DNA of 63,496 nucleotides, the filler included, from Octopus bimaculoides (taxonomy: Eukaryota): NCBI RefSeq assembly GCF_001194135.2. It is 5 parts of 3 records of this genome, joined end to end, with 100 filler letters (N's around TTAATTAATTAA, not from the genome) between each part and the next. Parts side by side here need not be neighbours in the genome. Positions count along the whole stretch, not along the records: positions 21,866 to 28,727 come from NC_068998.1; positions 28,828 to 57,393 come from NC_068988.1; 3 more parts are not named here. One strand, written 5' to 3'. The position numbers and the translations under genes are program-made. The notes beneath the pieces are model-generated. The model had not been told where the DNA came from. It did not search any database and saw only the letters and a list, made by a program, of their open reading frames with translations. Shown here piece by piece: positions 23,200 to 36,391 of this stretch (position 1 is its first letter; every line of letters begins with the position of its first letter).

Positions 23200-25978
23200 T
23201 AAGGTTGTCCACAAGGGAGTCATACCTAACAACAGCTACAAAGGCAAAGGTGATGCCTTAGACAGAAATAATTAGAGGTATCAAATTGCTGGACCAGATA
23301 ATGAAAGTTACTGAGGGTTATAGCTCAACTAATTAAGAAAGGAATGATCCTAGATGAGATGCAGTTTGGTTTTGTGTCCAAGAGAAGCACAATTGATGCT
23401 ATATTCTTGGTAAAGCAACTGCAGGAGAAGTATTTAGTCAAAAATAAACCTCTGTATTTGGCCTTTAGTAACATGGAGAAAGCCTTTGACAGGGTCCCCT
23501 GCTCCCTTATCTGGTGGTCAATGCAGAAGTTAGTGAGAGCTGTACAAGCCATGTACAGGGATGTTACCAGTAAGGTGAAGGTTGGCAATGAGTATAGCAG
23601 TAAATTTAGTGAAGAAGTAGGAGTTCACCAAGGATCAGTTCTCAGTCCCCTCTTGTTTACCATAGTCCTCCAGGCTATAACAGGAATTCAAGACTGGCTA
23701 ATCCTGGGAGCTCCTTTATGCTGATGACCTAGTTTTTATAGCTGAATCACTACCTGACCCAGAGAAAAAAATTCAGGAGTGGAAGCAAGGTCTGGAATTT
23801 AAGGGCTTTAGAGTTAATTTATCAAAGATCAAAGTCCTAGTAAGTAGGAAAACAGATAAATCACAAGTCCTTTCAGGGAGATGGCCCTGCTCGATATGTA
23901 GAAAAGCTTTTGGTATAAACTCCATACAATTTACCCAGTGCAAGCTTTGGATACATAAGAGGTGTGGTAGTATCACAGGAGGGTTAACAGAGAAAACAGT
24001 GTGTGGCAAATGTACAGGTACAATAATTACTAAAAATGCACAAACAATAGACTTACTCAAATGCTCATGGGAGATCCTTAGAAGCAGTTAGCAGTGGAGG
24101 AGGAAGTTCTGAAAGCATAGTTGCTAGAATAAGAATGGGCTGCACAAAGTTTAGAGAGCTACTACTTTTGTGGAATGATTCTAATCATCCACCAAGTAAC
24201 TAAAGGTAGACTGACTCATTGATATGAAATGAAAAACTGTGAATGATAGGCAGTTCGAGTTAGCAAGCAGCTCACTGTGAGCCATTGTCTCGTGTAATAT
24301 TAATACTCGTGTGTTGTGTAAATACTTTCTTTCCCTCCCGCTTCGTTATATTAAACAAATTGGAAGAATGTTATTCCTAGTAAAAGGAAAAAGTTATGTA
24401 TATTGGTCAACAATGGACTGTGACATTGAAGAATCAGTGAAAGCATGCAGAGGGTGTGCCTTAGCTGCAAAAGTGCTTACCACTAAATGGCAACCATGGC
24501 CAAAAACAAATGTTCCATGGGCCAGACTGCATGTTGATTACGCAGGTCCATTTAAGGGTTCATATTACCTTGTTGTGGCAGATAGTTTTTCAGTGCCACA
24601 AGTGCATAAATGTAAAAAGCCGACATCTGTGGTTACAGTAAGTTTTTTACATGAATTGTTCACCAGGTATGGTATTCCTGACACCATTGTGTCTGATAAT
24701 GGAACTCAATTTTAGATCAGACAAGCTCAGAAAATTTTGTAAAATATTCATCAAACATGTCGCCACTCCACCCTATCATTCTAGGTCAAATGAACAAAGA
24801 GAGTGTTTTGTTGACACTTTCAAGAGGGCATTGAAAAAGGCGAACAATGACGTTATGGACAATTTTGCACTCCAACAATTTCTAAGAATGTACTGAGTAA
24901 CACCTAATCCAAATACACAGTCAGGAATGTCACCTACAGATTTGATGTTTGCTAGAAAGGTCAGATCCATCTTTGATAAGCTGACACTGGGTTAAAATTT
25001 AAAAAACGGCAAATGACAAAAATACTTCAAAATTCTTTAAACTAGGCGACAAAGTTTTTGAAAAACCTATAGATATGGTAAAGAAAGCTGGGAGGACAGT
25101 GAAATTATTAAACAAATTGGAAGAATGTTATTCCTGGTAAAAGGAAAAGATGTCGAACATAAAAGACATTAATCAACTTAAAAAAAGTTTCATGGAAAAA
25201 ACAGTCACGAGAAAAGAAATCCCCATGGAAGTATAGTATGACATGTTTGAGGTACCAACACCCAAACAATTTCAAACTACACGTTCTAGCACCAGAAAAT
25301 AGAAAAAACAGAAACACCGAAATTGAACCCTAAGTGTAAGAGATATAAAAACTCTGCATAAAGTTCAATTCCCAAAAGGGGAGAAGATAAGGGGGACTGA
25401 TTCTAAAAAGGGGAGATGTGGAAGGATTTGATCCCCTCAAAACAAAGAACTGCATGTTATGTTACATGGCAGTGAAACATGGGCTATGACTACAGAGGAC
25501 TTGTGAAGGCTTGAAAGAAATGAAGCCGGCATGTTCCACTGGATGGGTAATGTCAGTGTGCACATACAACAGAGTGTAAATGACTTAAGAGGAAAACTGA
25601 GTGCAGGAGGTATCAGATACTGTGTGCAAGAAAGAAGATTGTGCTGGTATGGTCAAGTGATATGGATGAGGACTGTTGCTTAAAGAAATACTGATCTTTA
25701 ATTGTGGATGGAACATGTGGAAAGAGTAGACATGGTGAGAAAGGGTCTTCAGACACTGGGCCTCACCGAGGTGATGACAAGGGACTGAGACGTGTGGCGA
25801 TTTGCTGTACTTGAGAAGACATATCAAACTAAGTAAAATCATGGCCATCCTACTTACAGGTATGTCCTTTGCAGGTGCCAGACTAGAACCTGGTGCAGTT
25901 CTCCAGCTTGCCAGCTCTGATCAAAGCGTCCAACCCATGCCAGCATGGAAAGGAGACACTGAAAGGATGATGATGATA
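23200..25978 (+). mobile_element. RTE-clade LINE (RT + C-terminus + 3' UTR), interrupted at 24169-25440
   Basis: EMQFGF...STIDAIFLVKQLQEKY...MEKAFDRVP...VGVHQGSVLSPLLF and YADDL before the insertion; MLHGSETW after it. Ends in a (GAT)n tail. Confidence 0.92.
24169..25440 (+). mobile_element. Gypsy/Ty3 LTR retrotransposon fragment (LTR-like piece + integrase + PPT + start of 3' LTR) nested in the RTE
   Basis: YVYWSTMDCDIEESVKACRGC, PWARLHVDYAGPF, GIPDTIVSDNGTQF and PPYHSRSN. PPT aaaaaggggaga is followed by TGTGGAAGGATT at 25417, similar to TGTGGAATGATT at 24169. Confidence 0.88.
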
Positions 25979-26477
25979 TATGTATATATTTGTGTGTGTG
26001 TGTGTGTGTGTGTATGCATTGGACATAGTTAAAGGTATGCATGTGTGTTGTGGAGCATGACCTCTGCACATATTTCACAAACATAGCTACTGTAATCAAC
26101 AGCTGTGCAGTGGTTCATTCCCCAGTTTTATTTTCTTTTTGCATGTGTCTGAGAAACTCCTAAACAGTATCTCAAACTTTCGCTTTTGAATTTTTGTTAC
26201 GAAAAATGTGTTGATTGTTTAAATGAATTGACTTTCATCGTTGTAATTTCGTGACAAATAGCAATCACACATAAAATACCAGCATCTAAATCATCTAAAT
26301 CCTATTAGCTGATTGAGTAAAAATGATCAAACTTTAAACCCCTGTAACATTTGTCTAAAATTTTTCTGGAACAAGTGAATTAACGAAATCAGATTCAGTA
26401 TGAACAGTTACACAAATATACAAAGTTGAAATTTTTCACTAAATCTTAAAATTTCAAATTCTGTGACAGCAACAGAA

Positions 26478-28390
26478 ATGATGATGATCATCAACATCAC
26501 CATCGTTTAACATCTGCTTTCTAGGCTAGCATGGGTTGGACAATTTGACTGAGGACTGGTGAACCAGATGGCTACACCAGGCTCCAATCTGATTTGGCAG
26601 AATTTCTACAGCTGGATGNNNNNNNNNNCAGGCTCCAATCTGATTTGGCAGAATTTCTACAGCTGGATGCCCTTCCTAACGCCAACCACTCCGAGAGTGT
26701 AGTGGGTGCTTTTACGTGCCACCGGCACGAAGGTCGGTCAGGCGGTACTGGCAACTATCTCTCTCGAATGTCTTTATACGTGCCACCGGCACAAATGCCA
26801 GGAAGGCGACGCTGAGCACAGGTGCCATCACGATTTTGCTTTCGCTTGCCCCAATAGGTCTTCGCAAGCCGAGTTTCGTGGCCAATGAAGGAGACGACGT
26901 TGGCATGGGTGCCAGTCATCGAATTTAGTTCGATTTCGATTTCACTTGCTGCAACAAGTCATCGCAAGCGAGTTTAGTGTCCAATGAAGGTAAGGTACGC
27001 ATAAGTGGGCTGGCTACACCCCTGGCAGAAGCCTTGGATTTTGGTCTCACTTGGTTTGCCGAGTCTTCTCACGCACAGCATATTTCCAAAGGTCTCGGTC
27101 AGAAGTCATCGCCTTGGTGAGGTCTAATGTTCGAAGGTCGTGCCTCACCACCTCATCCCAGGTCTCCCTGGGCCTACCTCTTCCACAGGTTCCCTCAATT
27201 GCTAGGGTGTGGCACTTTTTCACACAGCTATTCTCATCCATTCTTGCCATATGACCATACCAGCGCAATCGTCTCTCTTGCACACCATAACTGATGCTTC
27301 TTAGGTTCAACTTTTCCCTCAAGGTACTTACACTCTGTCTAGTATGCACACTGACATTACATATCCATCGGAGCATACTGGCTTCATTTCTTGCGAGCTT
27401 ACGCATGTCCTCAGCAGTCACGGCCCATGTTTCACTGCCATGTAGTATGGCTGTTCGTACACATGCGTCATACAGTCTGCCTTTTACTCTGAGAGAGTGA
27501 CCCTTTGTCACCGGCAGAGGTAAGAGCTCTCTGAACTTTGCCCAAGCTATTCTTATTCTAGCAGCTACACTACTAACTTGGTCACCTAGATAGCGGAAGC
27601 TATCATCTACATCTAGTTTTTCTCCCTGGAATGAGACAAAAGTTGTTTCCTGTTTGTTTACAGTGTTTATAGCTCCTGAACATCTGCTACATACAAAAAC
27701 TAACTTCCTAGTTAACCTGCCTTTGATATTGCTGCACCTCTTATGTGTCCATAGCTTGCACTGGGTGCATCTTATAGAATTTCTACCTATGCCTTTTCTA
27801 CAGATCGAGTAGGGCCATCTACTTGAAGGGCTTTGTGTTTTGTCTACCTTCCTACTTATTAGGTTTTAGCCAGGTTGACTCTAAGGCCCTTCAATTCTAG
27901 TCCTTGCTTCCACACCTGAAACTTCTCTAGTTCTGATAGTGACTCAGCAATTAGTGCAAGGTCATCAGCATAGAGGAACTCCCAGGGGTGTCCTGTCTTG
28001 AATTCCTCTGTAATAGCCTGGAGGGCTATGATAAATAGGAGGGGGCTGAGGACAGAACCTTAGTGGACCCCTACCTCTACCCGGAGTTCTTCACTGTACT
28101 CATTGCCAACCCTCACCTTACTGACAGCGTCTCTGTACATGGCTCGCACAGCTCTCACTAACCATTCTTCTATTCCTAGTTTCCTCATTGACCACCAGAT
28201 AAGGGATCGGGGACCCTGTCAAAGGCTTTCTCCATGTCAACGAAAGCCAGGTACAGAGGTTTATCCTTGGCTACGTATTTCTCCTGAAGCTGTCATACCA
28301 GAAATCTAACATCAGTGGTGCTTTTCACAGGCATGAACCCAGACTGCATCTCATCTAAACTGACTCGCTCCCTAAGTAGTTGGGCTATGA
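26478..28390 (-). mobile_element. RTE-clade LINE, same family as 23200-25978, opposite orientation
   Basis: ORF 27047-27511 KGHSLRVKGRLYDACVRTAILHGSETWAV...QERRLRWYGHMARMD...GRGRPRETW. RT motifs (LDEMQSGF, YADDL) on the minus strand at 27950-28360. Confidence 0.93.
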
Positions 28391-28391
28391 C

Positions 28392-28500
28392 TAGGGCTCG
28401 CACAAAACCGATAATTCCCAAAACCGAGTTTAAGTACAAGTAATTCTCAAAACCGGTTAAAAACCGGTTTTCGTGGGTTTAGAGCGGTGTCCCTGTAACG
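28392..28500. mobile_element. Possible hAT/MITE terminus abutting the RTE
   Basis: Begins tagggctcgc followed by repeated aaaaccg motifs, as in hAT-derived MITE ends. The other end was not found (gap). Confidence 0.35.
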
Positions 28501-28827
28501 AAGAAGTTTGTCATATATTGTATTTTGTTTATATACATACACAGAGAAAGAGAGAAAGTAACAGTTTGACTGATATCCACAAATATGTTGGTGGTGCCTG
28601 TATCTGTATCTATGTACAAGCAATAACAAAAAATAATGGTATTTTATTTATTTAATCAGGAATGCAACGTTTTTCCAAGTCGTTCTATTTTTGAGAATCA
28701 ATCAAGTTTCTTGACTTGCTTGATGATNNNNNNNNNNNNNNNNNNNNNNNNNNNNNNNNNNNNNNNNNNNNTTAATTAATTAANNNNNNNNNNNNNNNNN
28801 NNNNNNNNNNNNNNNNNNNNNNNNNNN

Positions 28828-28868
<41 letters not shown>

Positions 28869-29078
28869 GTATATATATATATAACGTCAAGTTTGTCCTC
28901 CATGTAGACATTTACGTCCCAATAAACACGTTCTCATTCTACTTGTATACACACATGCAAAGTTAGTATGTGCGGAGTGTACACATGTAGAGACAGACAG
29001 ACAGACAGCAATATATATATGCCTATATCTAAGCACAAATACGCATTAAAGAAACACGCACACACACGCGCGCGCGAT

Positions 29079-29112
<34 letters not shown>

Positions 29113-29419
29113 ATTATGCATACGCATTTATACCACATACCATATACGCACTCACATACGTATAGAGACATATATGCGCATTCAAAAAACTACAAGCATG
29201 CAAACATACAGTCATACACAGTGCGCATATTACCCGTACATAAATAGCACCATATATAGCTATATATGATTCATGTTAATAATATGCCCTTAGATCCTAA
29301 TATTTCTGCACATCAGCATCCATTTGTATTATGGCAAAGCAAAAATAAAAATAAAAATAAAGGCGAGCATGTATCAAATAAAATACGAAATAAATCTCTA
29401 TAAAAGTTATTACCTGTAA

Positions 29420-29521
<102 letters not shown>

Positions 29522-29797
29522 TATATACACACACAGATACTTTCATAATGCTTCGACATATATATATTAGGAATCAAAATAGTAAACATGAAAGTTATAT
29601 GTTATAGTATTTGTGCTCCACTTCAATGAAAGCAAAATATACAAAATATAAACAAGATAAATAATAAATGCTAATGCACATCAAAGATGCTTCTGCATAA
29701 GATTTTTTTCACATCTCTTGTATTTTTGAAGCCTTATGTAATAAATAAAGATATTTAACATACCCTACTTTGGTTGTGAATGTACATGCAAATATTG

Positions 29798-29828
<31 letters not shown>

Positions 29829-30591
29829 GCAAATATGTAATGTGTGTATATTTATATGTATGCGTTCATGGTTGCAATGCATTTTACAATATTTAGAAAT
29901 AATATGTTGTATAGCTCATTATTTCTTTTAAACTTTTATCACAACGGCTCACATCTATTCACCAACGAACTCAACGGCTCATAGGTTCACATGATGTTAT
30001 AAAAATATCCGATGTATTTTGGTGAATTAATGTTCTTAAAACACATCTCAATACATCACACTGAGAAACCATAATTTTAGCATCATTTTCTTTCTACATA
30101 AAATACGTAATGCTTGTTTAACTACTGTTAACATTTTTAATTCAGGCACCATAACACGCTAACCAGAACTAAGTAAGCGTTAAAGAAAACTTATTTTATT
30201 AGTCAAACAGTATTAATTCGGCAGGTGTGGTTAATAACTCCGGGCATGTTAGATCATATTTAAGAAGTTTAATTCCGTGTTAGGTTCCGCACGCTAAGTT
30301 AGCCACGCAGTAATAAGAAATGTAAATCTCTATATTCGCAGTTGGTGTAAATTTCACAAAATGATTCAGTCTATAAATGTCTGATGGCTAAGATATAAAA
30401 AAAGAAGGTATGGCTTACACGATGGCATTGCATAGTTGGAGCAGTTAGAAATTTCAACATTATAACTCAGGGTATTTATTTCGATGCTCAATTCTCTGGG
30501 TTCAAGAACAAAGTTTGCTCTCGATCATACATATACAAATGTACATGTATGTATTTGCCTGTTTGTGTGTATGACTGTATATGTATTCATG

Positions 30592-30643
<52 letters not shown>

Positions 30644-30693
30644 TCATATATATACATATATATGTGTATTTATATATATATATATCCACATAT

Positions 30694-30741
<48 letters not shown>

Positions 30742-31691
30742 AATGAATTCAGTGCGTATAGATGGGCATGCATGTGCAGGTAGACAGAGACACACGAATA
30801 GACAAATAGATAGATAGGTAGATAGGTAGATAAGTAAACATATTAAATGCTTGATAATACGTACTTCATGTTTAAGTAACCTGACGGTACAGTATATAGC
30901 AATCGAAGAAGGTGATCATCACCATCCAGTTCCGTCAAGTGTCTCATCAATTTTTGAAACTGTATTTACTTTATAACGTAATTTGCGGTTAATGACACCT
31001 TACAAGGTAATTACTTATCTTGTTCTACTTTACGCAAAGCTAACTGTATCTGTCTTGAAGGTATGTGGCTGATGACGATATCCTGCTGTTTGACGTAGGA
31101 CTGTAATTGCTTCGAATACACACACACACACACACATACATACATGCATACTTATACGCATGCATAATACATATACGCTTACATACATACAAAGACNNNN
31201 NNNNNNNNNNNNNNNNNNNNNNNNNNNNNNNNNNNNNNNNNNNNNNNNNNNNNNNNNNNNNNNNNNNNNNNNNNNNNNNNNNNNNNNNNNNNNNNNNNNN
31301 NNNNNNNNNNNNNNNNNNNNNNNNNNNNNNNNNNNNNNNNNNNNNNNNNNNNNNNNNNNNNNNNNNNNNNNNNNNNNNNNNNNNNNNNNNNNNNNNNNNN
31401 NNNNNNNNNNNNNNNNNNNNNNNNNNNNNNNNNNNNNNNNNNNNNNNNNNNNNNNNNNNNNNNNNNNNNNNNNNNNNNNNNNNNNNNNNNNNNNNNNNNN
31501 NNNNNNNNNNNNNNNNNNNNNNNNNNNNNNNNNNNNNNNNNNNNNNNNNNNNNNNNNNNNNNNNNNNNNNNNNNNNNNNNNNNNNNNNNNNNNNNNNNNN
31601 NNNNNNNNNNNNNNNNNNNNNNNNNNNNNNNNNNNNNNNNNNNNNNNNNNNNNNNNNNNNNNNNNNNNNNNNNNNTTTCTTTCTCTTTCTG

Positions 31692-31730
<39 letters not shown>

Positions 31731-32490
31731 CCGAAATATTGGACACATATAAGACCAACAGCAACAACAATACAAAAGCAAAAATCAAAAGTAAGTTTCC
31801 TGGTAATCTTTGTTTTGATTTTCGTTAACTCATCTTAGAATCCATTTTGCATTGTTTAAACTTCTATCTCTTTTAATATAACCTATCATATACAATGCTT
31901 CAAGCAAACTATAACATCTTATTAACACAGAGTTATATTATAAACTAGCGACTCACAACCCTAGGAACTTAAAATAGAAATTAGAGAATAACTATAATAC
32001 TATTTATATTACACATACAATTGATTTATCATACGGGAACATCTATGAAGGTATCATTGGGTGCAAAATGGATATGTTATAAGCATTTTCGAAAGGAACA
32101 ATGACCTTAATTATGGCTTAGAAAATGATAACCTCGCATTCACACGCACTATTACTTGCATTCATGCTCAAACAGTTATGCATGAGGAAGAGGCAAAACA
32201 TATATTCGATTGGCTGAACTTGATTCAATATATTCAAAGAATGCATAGTATATTGAGAAGAATTACATTAGAAATACTTGATGCATTTGCTACAATAACT
32301 ATGGTAATAAAAAGCGTAATGCATTTTCTGTATATAGAATTGACTGCGAGCAATGCGACTTCCGTATGTTTCTATTGTTAATTTTCTAACAAAGCAGAGA
32401 TTTTTTTCTTCGTCGCTTAAGAATATAACGTTAAAAACTTAGACAAAGTAGTGAAAAGTGTGACTATTAATTATTATCATAATAATAAAA

Positions 32491-32848
32491 ATAAGAGCAC
32501 TCCGAGAGCGCAAACCTCCGCCAAAGCGACATCAACATCCTGTCAACGATTAGCCAGAGGTGATTTTTTAAAACGAGAATACCTGAAATAAACTCGACTA
32601 CTCTCACAATCTAGAATATTAAAAATGAAACCGACCATACTAAACAATCAAGTGAAAAGAAAGAGGAAAAATAATTTAGAATCCTTGTCCAGTACCGGAT
32701 CGATCCCAAAGTCTAATCGGCATGTGCTATTCACGAGGATAAACGTCACTGAAAATTTCGACCGAATCCATCCAGCGGTTCTTGGGATATCTTCTCCACG
32801 GACAAACAAACACGACTGAACGCAATACCTTCGTCCTCGCTAAAGCGG
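32491..32848 (+). repeat. Non-autonomous interspersed repeat; a minus-strand copy is split at 39728-39920 and 40383-40592
   Basis: ataagagcactccgagagcgcaaacctccgcc...gtaccggatcgatcccaaa...gaatccatccagcggttct matches the reverse complement of the split copy. Confidence 0.8.
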
Positions 32849-33204
32849 ATATAATAATCATAAGTAGTAATAGCTTGAAATATATCATCCTCTTCAACAG
32901 CATCAATATCATAGTAAATAACATTATTATTATCATGACTATTATTATTTGCATAGATATCTATCATACGAAGACATTCAAAAATTATTCTTGATAACAC
33001 TAGCAGCTGAACATATGAAATACTTCAAATTCAGGAACAGTAAGGACCAAAAAAATTACCAACCAAATATATTAATTCAATTACTAATTCAACATGCAAT
33101 AATTCTACGTGTACTAATAATTATAATTATAAGGAAAACAATATCAATGATAATATCGATTATTATTTCTACTTCTAATTTAAAGACCTTCATTCAATAA
33201 GTAC

Positions 33205-33735
33205 ACAAGATTTTACACTCCTAGGTACTCCGGTGTACATAGATATAAGACTTCCTTTTCGCTGTATTGCACCAATGTCAAGATTTTCTTTTGTGTGAAG
33301 CCTTCCAACATTGTTTATCTCTTCTTTGCTCCAATTCAGAATTGCCGCACTGTGGTTCATAACTGGCCTATCGAAGACTCTTCAAGTTCTTTACACCTCC
33401 TTTTGTCTTCTCATTTAGAAATGTGTGCAGCTCCACACTATCCAGATACTTATACCTACTAACTTCAAAATACCTAACTCATTCACCAACAGGTAATTCA
33501 GTCTCACTACCACATACGTACCTGCATCATTTCATATTCAGGGAAGGACATGTCCCAATGTTTTTACAGTCCAGTGAGTCAACATTTGGTTCATTCTTTT
33601 CTATGAAATTCAGATCAGTCATGAAAGTAGATGATTGTACTTAGATTCTCTGTTTTCAATCTAAGCTGTATCCTTAATATCACCGATAATGGAACCACGG
33701 CCATCGCAAAGAGCAATGTGGACAATGAATCTCCT
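33205..33735 (-). mobile_element. Dong/R4-like LINE RT fragment
   Basis: Minus translation GDSLSTLLFAMAVVPLS, YKYL and RPVMNHSAAILNWSKEEI (cf. GDSLSPLLF.., VPVIRYSAGIIDWTKEEL). Confidence 0.7.
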
Positions 33736-34044
33736 TAGATTTTTTTTTTATTATCATTTAGTGAGAGAGCAATGCATGGCATCGAAATGACACTCGGTGA
33801 TAATAAAGGATGTTGAACGAAATACCCATATTTCCAAAGGTGAATTATTCAAACCTCAAAGAATTCCTCTCAACACATGGCCTATGATGCTACCCCACTA
33901 TTTCTGCTCGTGATCAGAGACGCTCTTCAACCACAAAATGAAATGCTCAAATAGTTTGAGATCAAGCAACTGACAAGCAAATCTGTGATATTCAGCAAAA
34001 TATTTGCTGTATCCCATTATTATTATTATTATTGTTGTTGTTAT

Positions 34045-34245
34045 TGTTGCTAGAGATCCGAGTTCTACATCTACTGGGATGACATACACTCTCCTCACAG
34101 CCAACTTACTTGCAATTTGGTATTTTAGTACTCTGAACTTTTCCATCTTTTCTAGTTATTTGTCACTTATGCGTACATCTCCAGCTATTGCAATATCTAT
34201 AATTTTTGTTTCATTTTTTTTCTCTATCTACCAATAAAGAAGTCA
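34045..34245 (-). mobile_element. Dong/R4-like LINE restriction-like endonuclease fragment
   Basis: LVDREKKNETKIIDIAIAGDVRISDK*LEKMEKFRVLKYQI...VYVIPVDVELGSL (cf. IIDIAVPGD.RV.EKE.EKI.KYQ.L...VIPIVVGALG). Confidence 0.75.
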
Positions 34246-34254
34246 ATAAAGCAG

Positions 34255-34550
34255 GACCATTTGTTTTCTGGGGATGTGTACCCTTAACGTAGTTCTCGGG
34301 GATATTCAGCGTGACACAGTGTGACAAGGCTGATCCTTTGCATTGCAGGTACAACAGAAACAGGAAGTAAGAGTGAGAGAAAGTTGGGGTGAAAGAGTAC
34401 AGCAGGGTTCGCCACCATCCCCTGCCGGAGCCTCATAGAGCTTTAGGTGTTTTCGCTCAATTAACATTCACAACGCCCGTTCTGGGAATCGAAACCGCGA
34501 TTCTAGTCCCGCGAGTCCGCTGCCCTAACCACTGGGTATTGCGCCTCCAC
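34255..34550 (-). mobile_element. tRNA-derived SINE, family 3
   Basis: The minus strand starts gtggaggcgcaatacccagtggttagggcagcggactcgcgg...ggtttcgattcccag, with A/B boxes and a tRNA-like head. Confidence 0.85.
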
Positions 34551-35451
34551 TGGTGGACGATGTAGTTGACCTAAAACCTACCTCGACATAAACTACTGAA
34601 GGCAAAAATTTGAAACCATGATTATTATTTTTAATATTGTTGTTGATTATTCATAATAGTGGCAACTGAAAAAAAGAAAGAATTATTTCTACTATTTTAA
34701 CTGAAATAACTTTAAAAAATAAACAATTTACTAATAGTGGAAAAGCGTACAATTCAGTACTATAGAATTTTTTTTCTTTCCGCTGATCTTCGCTTCTCAG
34801 AAAATCACGCGTAAAATGCCTTCAGTTATATAGATTTGTTTTGTAAAAGGCTACATTTTATATTTTTAGTAACATATATTCTTTTAATTGTCATTTCGTT
34901 TTCTCTTCGAGCGTTTTCAATGTAAATTACTGAACTTCCGAACACAAACACAAGTGAATTACTAATGGCATGAAAAATGAAATATAAATCCGGAAGTTAA
35001 AACGCCCTCAACACAAATATGAAAAAAAAAAAGATATATGCTTATACTAACACATACACATACACATATACACACAAAGACAACCATGAACACGCTTACG
35101 TGTATACACGCAGAGAAATATAGCCTAAAATGTTATTGAGTGATTTAATTTTTAAGACATAAGAAAACTGAAGAAAAAAGGATAAAACTCACAAAAACAA
35201 AATTGGGACTTCAGGGTTGTTTTTCGTTGTTGTTTATTCTGCGTTAGATTTATCATTATGTTGTTTTTTATGGAAATACAGCCTCCGGTGTGAATAATAA
35301 TGTTTTACAATACATTTTGATATTTGAAACGTTTTATTTAAGGTCAAACTAAGCAAAAAATAATTTTATTACTACTAGTAATAATAACTGCACTGCTACA
35401 TCTGCTGCTACTACTACTACCATTACTACAACAACAACAACAGCAACAACA

Positions 35452-35486
<35 letters not shown>

Positions 35487-35571
35487 AAATAACTTCGCTT
35501 CTTATTCCAACGTGGCTACCAGATTGACTACTGTTGTTAAGACAAGTTTTACTAATACAAATTGTGTGTGT

Positions 35572-35622
<51 letters not shown>

Positions 35623-36330
35623 NNNNNNNNNNNNNNNNNNNNNNNNNNNNNNNNNNNNNNNNNNNNNNNNNNNNNNNNNNNNNNNNNNNNNNNNNNNNNN
35701 NNNNNNNNNNNNNNNNNNNNNNNNNNNNNNNNNNNNNNNNNNNNNNNNNNNNNNNNNNNNNNNNNNNNNNNNNNNNNNNNNNNNNNNNNNNNNNNNNNNN
35801 NNNNNNNNNNNNNNNNNNNNNNNNNNNNNNNNNNNNNNNNNNNNNNNNNNNNNNNNNNNNNNNNNNNNNNNNNNNNNNNNNNNNNNNNNNNNNNNNNNNN
35901 NNNNNNNNNNATATATATATATATATATATATATACAATTTTCAGTTAATTGCGACGCGGATGAGGAGGAAGACGACGGCAACGATGATGGAAACGTTGG
36001 TGATGACAGTTGTGATGATATGAATGCAGAATAAATATCAAACATGCACTTGCAAAGTGAATAATTGTTTGCTATTAGGAGCATCTATTAAAGCGACGAG
36101 CTGACAGGAACGTTAGTACGCATCGCAAAATGCTTGGCTGTATTTCGTCGGTTTTTACGCACTGAGTTCACATTCCACCGTGGTCGACTCTATCATCTGC
36201 AGCTCGATAAAATGAGTACCAGTTGACACTGGCGACGATATCCTCGATTTATCCCCTGCACCATTGTGCCAAAGCATGAAGCTGATATTAGATGCATCCA
36301 CAATATATGAAAGCACATATGCACCAGACA

Positions 36331-36391
<61 letters not shown>

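Noticed and set aside
30990-31085. Possible minus-strand exon SYVKQQDIVISHIPSRQIQLALRKVEQD
   Set aside because: One open frame of 28 aa with weak splice sites and no recognisable homology; expected by chance.
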